From contig NC_043007.1 of NCBI RefSeq assembly GCF_006345805.1, positions 42,160,001 to 42,224,000 on the forward strand: 64,000 nt of DNA, given 5' to 3'. Position 1 is the first letter of the stretch. Each line of letters opens with the position of its first letter. The notes under the pieces were generated by a model. That model had not been told where the DNA came from. It did not search any database and saw only the letters and a program-made list of their open reading frames with translations. This document shows, in pieces, positions 41,080 through 52,899 of the stretch. Made by a program: the position numbers and the translations under genes. The stretch comes from Octopus sinensis (lineage: Eukaryota).

Positions 41080-41418
41080 GGGTGACCCCCTTCGGTCATG
41101 AATGACCATGGGATTGCACCTAGAAAGTTACCCTCCGAGGCACCGTCCGGGTAAGGTTGTTTATGGAAGACCAACAGTTGCCCATGCATACCAGCCTTCG
41201 CTTTCCACACCACTGATGTTATCCAAGGGAAAGGCAATGGGGCCAATACAGCTTGGCACCAGTAACGTTCCAATTCAGTTCTACAGCTGAGTTAACTGGA
41301 GCAACGTGAAATAAAGTGTCTTGCTCAAGAACACAACACGCAGCCCGGTCTGGGAATCGAACTCACAACTTTACCATTGTAAGCTTGACGCTCTAACCAC
41401 TGAGCCATGCACCTTCAC
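41080..41418 (-). mobile_element. tRNA-derived SINE (family C), full length
   Basis: Same sequence as 62576-62923. TSD tggtgtcaaa occurs at 41070-41079 and 41419-41428. Confidence 0.85.
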
Positions 41419-42036
41419 TGGTGTCAAAAACCCAACCATGTTATGGATCATGTCCTTAATGGGACCTTGTGTACCCAGATGCTGCATGCAGAATTGTTTT
41501 TGTTTGGGAGCTGAGTTATTCTCACAATGGTCACACACTGTTTATGTGAAGGAGTGCACAGTTAAGCTATGACTATTGATCTCTCCAACCACATCAGCAA
41601 CCCAACTATTGATTCCAAACTGAAACATTACTTGACAGTGTTGTTTTCAACAATCCATCCCCATTTACCACATCATTTCTTTCATGTAGATTTCTCTCAT
41701 GTAGTGCTGTTGAGTGTGCCCTCAGGTTTAATTTATCACATAGATGTAGTTCCTATGTCTGCTGATTGTTCAGCGTAGTAGTGGCAGCGCCAACAGCTGC
41801 AAAGGAGAGTATATCCATTGAGAGCTTTTTGGTGTGTTCAAAAATCACATACCCCCATCCACTTTTCCATGAGAAGGTTAGGGCCTGGTATCTTCCAAAC
41901 AGATTCTTGACATGTCACTTAGTCGAATTAGCCCTTCATTTACTCCACAAGTGTTTTGACGTCAATGCTGCACTTTCCCGTATTGCATGTTTCAAATTAA
42001 CTGTACCATATATACAAACTATGCCATTTAGATTTT

Positions 42037-42062
42037 GAGCAACACCGGGTACGTCTGCTAGT
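42037..42062. mobile_element. Helitron/Helentron-like terminus
   Basis: gagcaacaccgggtacgtctgctagt resembles the gcaacgccgggta...gctagt ends of non-autonomous rolling-circle elements. The other end was not identified. Confidence 0.35.
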
Positions 42063-45000
42063 ATATATATAAAATGTAAAACACTGTCATTTACTGGAGA
42101 TGTGGTTTTATTCAAAGGGTTTTAAAACCCAATGTTTACATACTATTATAACTTCATCTGCTTTGAGATCTTCCATCTCCCTGAATGCGCTTCCTAATGC
42201 CAACCACTCCACCGAGTGTACTGAGTGCTCTTTATGTGGCACCATCACCTGTACTTTTTACATGGCCCCTGTACCCACACCAACACTTTTTACGTGGCAC
42301 CTTGGTTTTAAAATTTCAATTCTCTTATGGTGGGCAATATGTATGTAGATAAGTAGGTATGGTGATGCAGACAGGAAAAGTAGAACTCAAAATATGAGTA
42401 TGTATAGTTTTATTAATATTTAGCAGAAGCAACACTGTGACTCAAAGGCCAAGAGTTTTGTGTATTGGCACTTATCAAGCTGGATGTCCCTGCAAAGATA
42501 AGTGCCAACACACAAACCTCTCAGTCCTTGAGTCTCTCTGTTGCATCTGCTAAATATATATGTGTGTGTGTGTCTGAGAGAGAGAGTAGTGCAGTAAGTT
42601 AAAACAATGTGGTGAGTATATTGCAGTGTTATATAAGATGTGGAATATATAATAGCTATTATTGACTATGTAAAGATGTGAAATATGTAGTGGATGTTAT
42701 ATAGTATTGTTGGGAATATATAACAATGTGTTGACAGTGCAGAGATGTGGAAAATAAAGTAGTCACTGTGTAGAGATGTTGAATATTAGTGTGATGTGCA
42801 CACGTGTGCATGTATGTGAGAATATTGTGGTAAGTGATTTGATGTAGAATTTATGGTAGTGCTGTAGTGACTGCAGAGATGTGGAAGAATGTATGTCAAG
42901 TGGACTGCATGGAGCTGTAAGATGTACCTGGCAACAGGTCTACTTAGGTTGATGGCAGTATGTATACTCTGTATGTGAGGAGAGAGAGAGATTATCAGTT
43001 AAAAGTGGACATAAAAGTGTAATACTGAAATATGGGGGATTTTTGATGTCATTGAAAACATTGGATCTGTGTTGTTCCAACAGCTGGCACCAATAATCTT
43101 TAGTTATCTTCCACCCTGTCCTATCTTTCTCTCTAGCTATCACCTATTCTGTTCGATTTCTCCTCTTTTCAGTCTGTATCTCATCTCTCCTTTATTCATT
43201 CATCCTTTCACATGCTCTCCCTCTGTGTCTTCTTGCTCTCCCTCTGTGTCTTCTTGGTCTCCCTCTGTATCTTCTCCCTGCTCTACCTTTCTCATCATTT
43301 AGCTTCCAACTGTTCTCTCCCTTTCACCAAGCATCTCTCCCATCCTCCTCCTCCTCCCCTTCTTCATTCTTGTTCACTCACATCATTAATATTCTTCCAA
43401 AAGAAAGACTGACTTAAAACAAGCCATCAGGCTATGCCATTGATATTTGCCTTAGGCCAGGACAGCTATCTGTTGTCATTATTCCAACAATAACAGACAT
43501 TCTGTCCCAGATGTATCTCATAAAAACACAACGTCAAATGATTTGATTATTTTAATATCAACACACTAAATACATGGAGTTGATGGTCATCAGGGATTTA
43601 CAGAGATGGGACGGGGGGGGGATTAGGGGGAGAGATTTTATTGTTGCTGTTTAGTTCTAGGTTAACTCTGGTCAAATAGAAGTGTTCTAGCCATGACCAT
43701 CATGTCATTTCTTTTTTTAACATTTATAGTGTGTCTATTTATACATAGAAACTCTTGTATTAATTAGACATTTTGCTGTATAACCTCAAAGTTGGAAAGC
43801 TTTTACTCATAGATTTCAAGCAGAACAGATATGGCCATCCTACCTTTTTCAAGTATTGTTGCTAGGACTGTCCTATTCAATGTCTTTTTTTTTGTTTTTT
43901 GAGATCTTATTATTGAGGGAGATTGGCCTCTATTACTAGCAGGTTGACTCACCACATAGTGTTTTCTTCCCTATCTCCGTCACTCAGTTTTTTTTCCCTC
44001 TTTCTATCTTACTCTTCATTATTCCTTGTCTCTCTTTTTTCTTTGTTTTTGCTATCACATTCTTTGCTTGTCTGCCTCTCTCTCTCTCTCCTCCTTTTGT
44101 TCTTTTCTTTTTTCTCACTTTTATTCACTCTTTTTGTCTCTTTCTCTTCCCCTTCCATCTCTCTCTCCCTCTTTTTTCCATTTTGTGCTTCCTGCCTTTT
44201 CTTGTTTTTGACTTTTGTTGACTCTCTCTGTCCCCATCACTTCTCTCTCTTTTCTCCATTTCTCTGTCTTTCTTAAACTTCTTTTCCCCGTTTTACTTCA
44301 CTCCTGTTTCTCTTTAACCCACACCCATCTTCCGTTTTTTTGACAGAACCAATAATTTATCAGTGTAATCTTTGGAAATATTCCAGCAGATCAATAATTT
44401 GTCCTTGATGATTGGTTTTTATTTTTGTACGGTCACTCTCTAACAATCATCTTGTTTCCTAATGTTGCATTTCTTTTTATCTTTCTATATTTAAATACCA
44501 CTGGCATACATCCTTGCACACATACATTCACAGGTCTTATCCAGTTATACATATGTGTGCACAGATATGCTTCTATTAATGTTGTTTTTATGCATACAAC
44601 ATTGTGTCCCAACAACTATTTCCATCAATTCCTCCAAACACTTGGATTTCTACACTATTGCATTTAACTACCCTAACTCTTGTTCCTCTTTACCTCTTTC
44701 TTCTCCAGCTCTGTTCCAACTACCAGAAAATAAATAACAATATTTACTTAGATTTTACTCCTTTGGGGACTTTTATTTAGTTTGAAGACAACCTTGTTTG
44801 AGCAGACCTATGATCAAAGGCATTCCATTTTCTGGGTGGTTTTCTAGATATTGTATCTAATGCATCATTCCTCTTTTTTTTTTTTTTTTTGTAAAAAGAT
44901 GGTTGTGAAGAAGGGAGATTTGGGTACTATTTCTAGCAGTTAAGTGATCACATAAAGGTTCTCTTGTTGGTTCTAAAGGGTAGATAGCTAGTGCTTTGAT

Positions 45001-47165
45001 ACATTTTCAATGTAACCAAGACTTTGGAAAGCTTTCTGTTAAAAAGAAGTAATAAATCTGTAATTTTATATATTGATATATTATTGTGTTGATGTTGACC
45101 AACTGAAATATCATGATGTCATTCAGATTTGATTGAAGTTTTAATTTAAATATGAAGACTTTGATGTGATGAGTAATTATTTAATACCAAGCCCCTCAAC
45201 ATTAAAGTATAAGCATAGTTTGTGTGTTGTTTTGTCTTGAACCTGGCCTGATTGAGAAGACATATGGTCAAAGCAGTGATCATCCCATCCCAACAAATAT
45301 AGTATCTCTAAGATTCTTTATCTGATATGTCCTCCTCCTTTTACCCCCTTTTCTCTTTTTGTAAGACACTAGTATAATATGAGGGAAATTCAGCTGCTAT
45401 TTCTTGCAGGTTGAGTGTCCATGTAAAGGCTCTCTCTTTGTCTTGCACACTACCTGTCATGTTGCTACTGCTGCTGTTGTTGTTGTTATTGGAGATTTGA
45501 CTGCTACATCAGCAAGCCAAGCAATCACCAAGACAACTCATTTGGCACCATTTATTAAAAATACACCGATTGTTGACGAAGAACATTGATATACTAATGT
45601 ATGCTCAGTCTTCGGTGAATACAAAATGAAGAATAAATTGCAGTTGACACAGAAGCTGTGTGTATCAATTTATCTAGCTTCAATACTGGCAGTTTATAGA
45701 AACATAACTTTTTTTTTTAATGGTTTAATGAAAGTAAGGACAGTGATAATAATTCAATCAGGATTTCTGAGAAGGATGAAGAAGGATCAAATCACAGCTG
45801 GTTTGTTACTAATCATTGCATTGATCCTTATAAGAAACTCAGCTGAATGTCAATAGTTGCAATAGGGTTGATTGCAAATAGGGAAGCCTCTCAAAATGTT
45901 TAATACAGGACCACATTTCTGTCATGTCTGGTAATGGATCTCTGCTTGAGGTGCACTTCTGTCCCATTTGACAAAAAAATGTAGTTGGAAGTGATACAAC
46001 ATTGATTTCATTTCAGAATGTATTATCATGAATGCATCTATGAGCCAATCAGTGGTCTTAAATTGGGAAACAAAACAGGTCTATGTTTTCTAATTAGTGT
46101 TATAGCAAGATGCACTATGGGGAGCGGGGAATTGGATGGTCAGTGCTGGAGCACCAGGCTGTTTAATCAGCTCTGACCTGGAGTTTAACAACAACAAATG
46201 AATAGTGAAAATCAGAAATGATTTAATGCATTTGAGGAATGCATTAAATTTTTTTAAATCAGTCTTCTCTAACTCTGCAACTATATGTATAACTACTCTC
46301 AATACAGATAAATACACCAATAAAATACAAATGAACCTATACATGGTCATTTTGCCTACTGGAAATAGTAGCCAAATACTCTCTAAATCATACTACTTTC
46401 TTAAAAGGAGGGATGCAGTGTTGTAGTTTTGGATGCATCCTGCCTAAGAAAATAGACATCACCTAGAGCATTACTACAATATTGATTTAAGTTCATTGTC
46501 TCCATCTAATTCACCCAGACACACAAATGTTATGTACATGCCTGAACTACAAATGCATTATTTTCCTCTTCAGAACCAAAGGTTTGCTGTCTATCTCTAA
46601 ACAATCTCAAAAGAATCTTATCTATTCTATGTAAACAGAATTCACTTTGCTCATTTTCAACTCTCTTGTAATCACCATTTTCAACCTTCAGATGCACTAA
46701 AACAAGCAAATTGATTGTGAACAGTCACAAATTGTTACCAGTGCATCACATATAAAACATACTTAGCCTGCTACATTGTGCCCTGCACAACATACCCTTG
46801 TTGCTCAATTGCACCATAAAAATCTAGACAGAAGAATGTTATCTAAGTGGCTGATCTTTTCATTTCTACCTTTTAATTCTTAATATAATTAGAGAGGCCA
46901 AACTTAAACATTTAATTCTAGACAGACTTCCTTGCAAAGTTAACTGGTTGAGTTGGTTGATACCTTTCAGTTGTACTGTCTTCTTTATATTTTGGCAAGA
47001 AACAGCTCCCAGTTTTAGGTGGCAAACTATCAACTCATGTTAGAAAAGCTTGGGGGTAATTACCAATATATTTGTCAGGATGTCAGATAAACAAATCCAA
47101 ATACCCAATCTTTGTCAATACAAACAGACTTGCTGCTGATGATGTAATAATAATTTCAAATTTTA

Positions 47166-47359
47166 GCACAAGGCCAGCAAGTTCAGGGGAAGGGGCGAGT
47201 CAATTAATTTGCCAGGGTTCAACTGGTGCTCATTTTATTGACCCTGAAAGGGTGAAAGGTAAAGTTGACTATGGTGGAATTTGAACTCAGAACTAAAGAT
47301 GGATGAAATGCCGCTATGTATTTTGCCTGGTATGGTAACGATTCTGCCAGCTCACTGCC

Positions 47360-47391
<32 letters not shown>

Positions 47392-48662
47392 CCTATTCTA
47401 CTAAAGGCACAAGGCCTGAAATTTTAGGGGAGGGGGTGTCAATTGCATTGACCCCTGTGCTCAACTCATATTTTATTAACCATTGAAAGGATTAAAGCTG
47501 GCCTTGGCAGAACTTGAACTCAAAATGTAAAAACAGAGGAAATGCTACTAAGCATTTGACCCAGTGTGCTAATGATTTTGCCAGCTCGCTACAATAGTAA
47601 TAATTGTTTTCTAACATAGGCACAAGGTCATAAGTTTGAGAGTTGAGATGGGTAGTTGATTATATCAACCATACTACTTGACTGGCACTTACTTTATCAA
47701 CCCTGGAAAGAGGAAAGGCAAACTTGACCTCAGCAGCATTTGAACTCAGAATGTAAAGCACCAAAACAAATACTTCAAGGCATTTTGTCCAGCACTCTAA
47801 CTATTCTTTTCAATGTAACAATCACCCTAACAATTGTAGTAATATTCTTTTCTTTATTAACCACTAAGGGTTCACACATAAAAGACAAACATTAAAAAAC
47901 AGTAGTTTACAGAACATGAGATTGGATTGAATTGTATAAAAACAGGAAAAGGTTAAGGTTATACAAAGAATAGGTTAAAATTTGGACAAAAGATATAGAA
48001 TAAGTTAACTAAAAATGCATAATAGTTTATAATATTGCTTTTGAGTTTTGGTACAATTCCAGCAATTTCGGTGGAGGGATAGGTCAATTAGATTGACTCC
48101 AGTTCTCAACTAGTACTTATTTTGACCCGAAAAGATGAAAGGCAAACTCAACTTCTGTGGAATTTGAACTCAGCAGTATTTTGTCTGTCTTACGTTCTAA
48201 GTATTTTGGCCAGCATGCTAACAATTCTGCCAGCTTTCTGCCTTTGATAGTTTCTGATATTGGCACAGGGTTTGAAATTTTGGAGGGGATAGTTGATTAA
48301 AATGCAACATTACATGAGTAGTACTGTATTTTATCAACTATGGGTAGGATTTGAACTCGTAACATAATGAACATTAAGTAAATACTGAAAAATATTTTTG
48401 TCTAACGTTCTTATGAGCCTGGCAGTTCACTGCCTCTAATGAAAATTTTTCTTAACATGGGAACAAGGGCACAAATTTGATGAGTGGTAATGGAAAGGTT
48501 AGCTGATTAAATGGATCCCAGTATTTGACTGGTGCTTTTATTGGCCCCTGAAAGGATGAAAGGCAAAGTTGATCATAGGATTTGAACTGGGAATGAAAAG
48601 AGCCATGAAAAATACTGCAAACTATTTTATCTGATGCTCTAGCAATTTTGCCAACCTGCCAC
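47166..48662 (-). mobile_element. Head-to-tail cluster of six family-B SINEs
   Basis: Units start near 47166, 47406, 47619, 48050, 48262 and 48458. Each runs ggcacaagg...actggtacttattttat.gacc..gaaaggatgaaaggcaaag...atttgaactcag...ttctgccagc. Other copies lie near 9660, 22390-22650, 24870, 29880, 31080(+) and 56820-57060. Confidence 0.85.
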
Positions 48663-48870
48663 TAATGATTTCTTTTGCCACCACGGCAACTAATAAAGGA
48701 GACAATGCAAAGGAAGATATAGTGTGGGCATTTATGTAGAATGAAATGATTTTTAAAGAAAACATATACCAACCACATGGTTCTGGTATACATTGTGTGG
48801 CTTCTACTATATCCTCAGGCCGACCAAAACCTTGTAATTGGATTTGGTAGATGGAAACTGAGGAAGTCTG

Positions 48871-48911
<41 letters not shown>

Positions 48912-49330
48912 TATGTTTGTCTCTCCACCATCACTTGACAACTGACATTGGTGTGTTTACGTCCCCGTAACTTAGCAGTTCAGCAAAAGAGACCGATAGA
49001 ATAAGTACTAGGCTTACAAAGAATAAGTCCTTGGGTCAGTTTCTTTGACTAAAGGTGGTGCTCCAGCATAGCCCGAGTCAAATGACTGAAACAAATAATA
49101 GAATAAAAGAATGGTATACAGTAAGAACAAAAGTAATGAATGCAAGCATACATTGTATACAGTATTAAAAAAGTAATGAAGTACAGTATGCTTAAATGTA
49201 TAATAAACTAACAATGTTAAAGTAATGTGTGTGTGTGTTGTGTAAACTATTTGAACCATAATATAAAATTAAATAGTAAAAAATAGAAAGCAACTCAAGA
49301 TTCTCAATGTATTTTGCTTTTTGTTTTCAG

Positions 49331-49420
49331 GGATCAAAACGAGTGCTTCGATCAAATGAAATCCTTGTTCCTCCGGGTGGTTTACTGGAATGTGAACTTG
49401 ATTTGTCTTTCTCATTACAG
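49331..49420 (+). CDS. PACS: PACS coding exon (equivalent to vertebrate exon 3), 90 nt, phase 0 to 0, furin-binding region
   Basis: Acceptor ttttgctttttgttttcag|G and donor TTACAG|gtaagt. [30 protein letters not shown] matches PACS GSKRILRS(N/H)[21 protein letters not shown]. It joins in frame to the 88-nt exon across a 10,257-bp intron. Confidence 0.96.
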
Positions 49421-49447
49421 GTAAGTCTTGCACTTATGAATCTCTCT

Positions 49448-49676
49448 TTAACCCTTTCATTACTGTATTTATTTTGAGATGCTCTGTGTTTCTTTCAGTT
49501 ACTTTAAATATAACAAAGAATTTAGTAAAATAAACTTAGTTATCATTCAGCTAGAGTTAGGAACATAACTTGTGACTCAGGTTTGGTGGAAGATTTTAAT
49601 TCCAAACTTATGAAAACAAGACTTTTGTACTCAGAGCTAGGGCCGGTTTCAGCCGGGTTGGTAACAAAAGGGTTAA
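49448..49676. mobile_element. piggyBac-type MITE
   Basis: TTAA-CCCTTT...AAAGGG-TTAA ends with a TTAA duplication. It starts 27 nt after the exon 49420 donor. Confidence 0.75.
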
Positions 49677-50289
49677 CCTTCCTATACAATTTAGACATAT
49701 TGTAATTAGGCCATCTAATTTGTAGTAAGACTGTTAAAACCAACTTAAGAGGTATTTTAATGGCCACTAGCCAGCCTCTCTGACATATTTCATATAATGA
49801 TTTGAAAAAAACCAAAACAACAAAACATTTGTGTTCTAATGGTTCAGTAATGATTAAATTTAGTAATGTACTAGTATTATTCTTAGTCATGTATTGTAAA
49901 TAAGTAAAAGTTCACTCATAAATAGAAAATCATGCTAAATAGGATTGTGAGGTCTGGCTAACTCTTTTGGATGGATAGATGTATAACCTATCCAACAGTA
50001 AAATATTGCAAATGCATTGGTGGTCGGGTATGTATGTATCTACATACACATTCAGGTGTGTGTGTGTGTGCATCAGCTAATCTTTCTGGTACTTTATCAA
50101 AAGGACCACCACCAACTTTGTCTAGTTCTCTTTCAGTCCTTCTGTAAGCAACAATGACACCATAAGCCACCGACCCTTCTAGATAAAAAGCTTCACCTCC
50201 GCTGCCCTCTTTGCATCCGACTCCACATTGCACAAGTTTGACCAGTGTACTCTAAACCTATCCCTTTCCACTTCACCAAGCTCCCTACC

Positions 50290-50720
50290 TTGCTTCTACA
50301 GACATTAATTGCAAAACTACATCCAGTGTTGTCACTGGCCTTGACAATGTCCTTTGACATTGTAATCCAGAACTTAGTCCTATACTCATCATATTTTAAA
50401 TCTCACTTTCTATAGAGAATGGACACTAATGGTTAGAAGTATAATTCAGCGTTTCCTCCTCAAAGAAAGACAAACCCTCTCACTCAGCCAACTAACATGC
50501 TATTGCTTTCACTAGTAATATCTGCAAGATAATGGAACAACCATTAACATTGTTGTCCAACACATTGAATTTGAATCTCTCCTCTCCCATCAGTGACCAT
50601 CATTATGGCTTTCTTTTCCAGAGCCAGATCCACTGGTGATGTTACTTCTCTCATGTCACTAATGGGCTCTGTATTTAGAGAAGTTCAATGAAAATTATTG
50701 TTGCTCTAGATAACTAGAAT
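50290..50720 (+). mobile_element. Heavily decayed CR1/Jockey-type LINE reverse transcriptase fragment
   Basis: Manual translation across frameshifts gives TGLDNVL*HCNPELSPIL, SKKDKPSHSAN*HAIAFTSNICKIME, ISDHHYGF, RARSTGD and IVALD. These follow the order of the N-terminal RT motifs GPD..P, KKG..NYRPI.LTS, QYGFR..RST and VALD. Confidence 0.75.
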
Positions 50721-51286
50721 ATGCATCTCCCAGCAAAACTTCCTGTCTTCAGGCTCCACCCATCTTACATCTCTTGAAACAGTGGCTTTTTATCAGCTTA
50801 TACCAGCTGTGGCACAGATAATCCCCACCACCTCAATTCTCAGTCAACTTTGGTGATCTGGTGATTGTTAGACCAACACTCAAACTGTTATACACCAACA
50901 CACATACACACGTGCCAATTTATATATGCTTATATGTTTGTCAGTATAACAGTATATATTAGTATATTAAATACATCTCTCTCTCTCCATTTCTCTGTCA
51001 CTCTATGTATGTATATATATATATGTATGTATGTATGTGTATGTATGTATGTGTATGTATGTATGTATATATATGTATGTATATATACATATGTATATTA
51101 GAATTGATGTTATGTATTTGAGCATGTCTGTGTGTGACTGCGTGTGTGCATATATATACACACATATATATTTACACACACACACACACACACATATATA
51201 TAATAGATAGATATATGCATACATGTATGTATTTTATATATATATGTATATGCATATCTGTATGTATATGCATATCTGTATCTATA

Positions 51287-51323
<37 letters not shown>

Positions 51324-51367
51324 ATATAGATATATATATATATATGTGTATATAGATATAGATCTAT

Positions 51368-52865
51368 ATCATCATCATTGTTTAATGACTGCTTTCCATG
51401 CTAGCATGGGTTGGACGATTTGACTGAGGACTGGCGAACCAGATGACGGAACCATCTGATCTGGCAGAGTTTCAACAACTAGATGCCCTTCCTAACGCCA
51501 ACCACTCCAATTGTGTAGTGGATGCTTTTACGTGCCACATGCACAGGAGTCAATCCAGTGGCACTGGCAACAACCTCGCTCGAATGTTTTGTTCATGTGA
51601 CACCAGCACAAGTGCAGGTAAGGTGATGCTGGTAACGATCACAAGTGCAGGTAAGGCGACGCTGGTAACTATCACAAGTGCCAGTAAGGTGACTCTAGTA
51701 ATGCTCAAATGGTGCTTTTTATGTGCCACTGGCACGGAAGCCAGACAGTTGCTCTGGCAGTGATCCTGCTTGGATGGAGCTGTTAGCGCTCCACTGGCAT
51801 GGGTGCCAGTCATTGAATTTGGTTCAATTTCGATTTCACTTGCCCCAACAGGTCTTCGCAAGCAGAGTTTAGTGTCCAATGAAGGAAGGTTGGCATGGGT
51901 ACCAGTCATCGAATTTGGTTCGATTTTGATTTCACTTGTCTCAACAGGTCTTTGCAAGCAGAGTTTTGTGCTTGGAAAGCAGTCGTTAAACAATGATGTT
52001 GATATAAGTGGGCTGGCTACATTCCTGGTAAAGACCACAGGTTATGGTCTTACTTGTCTTGCTGGGTCTTCTCACGCACAACATATTTCCAAAGGTCTTG
52101 GTCACTAGTCATTGCCTCAGTGAGGCCTAATGTTTGAAAGTCATGCTTCACCACCTCATCCCAGGTCTTCCTGGTTCTACCTCTTCCACAGGTTCCCTCA
52201 ACTACTAGGTTATGGCACTTTTTCACACAGCTATCCTCATCCATTCTCACCACATGACCATACCAGTGCAATCATCTCTCTGGCACACCACAACTGATGC
52301 TTCTTAGGTAGCAACCTTTCTCTCAAGGTATTTACATTCTGTCGAGTATGCACACTGACATTACACATCCATCAGAGTATACTGGCTTCATTCCTTGCAA
52401 GCTTACGCATGTCCTTAACAGTCATGGCCCATGTTTCACTGCCATGTAGCATGGCTGTTCGTACATATGCATCATACAGTCTGCCTTTTACTCTGAGTGA
52501 GAGGCCCTTTGTCACCAGCAGAGGTAAGAGCTCTTTGAACTTTACCCAGGCTATTCTTATTCTAGCAGCTACACTTTCAGTGCACCCTCCCCTGCTACTG
52601 ACTTGGTCACCTAGGTAACGGAAGCTATCTACTACTAGTTTTTCTCCGTGGAATGTGGCAGAAGTTGTTCTCTGCACATTTTCAGTGTTTATTGCTTCTG
52701 AGCATCTGCCACATGCAAAAACTATCTTCCTTGTTAGCCTTACTTTGATATTGCTGCACCTCTTATGTGTCCAAAGCTTACAATGGGTACATCTTATAGA
52801 GTTTCTACCTACCTACGCCTTTTCTACAGATCAAGCAGGGCCATATACCCGAAGGGGTTTGTTTC
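51368..52865 (-). mobile_element. 5'-truncated RTE-type LINE: RT C-terminus, 3' UTR and (GAT)n tail
   Basis: VVDSFRYLGDQVSSRGGC...RIRIAWVKFKELLPLL...AMLHGSETW and WYGHVVRMDEDSCVKKC...GRGRTRKTWDEVVKHD, with a stop at 52050. The 3' UTR contains a 96-bp internal duplication (about 51795-51960) and ends in atc repeats at 51368. Confidence 0.92.
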
Positions 52866-52899
52866 TTTTCTCTAATACCCCTGTCTATAACATTGTTCT

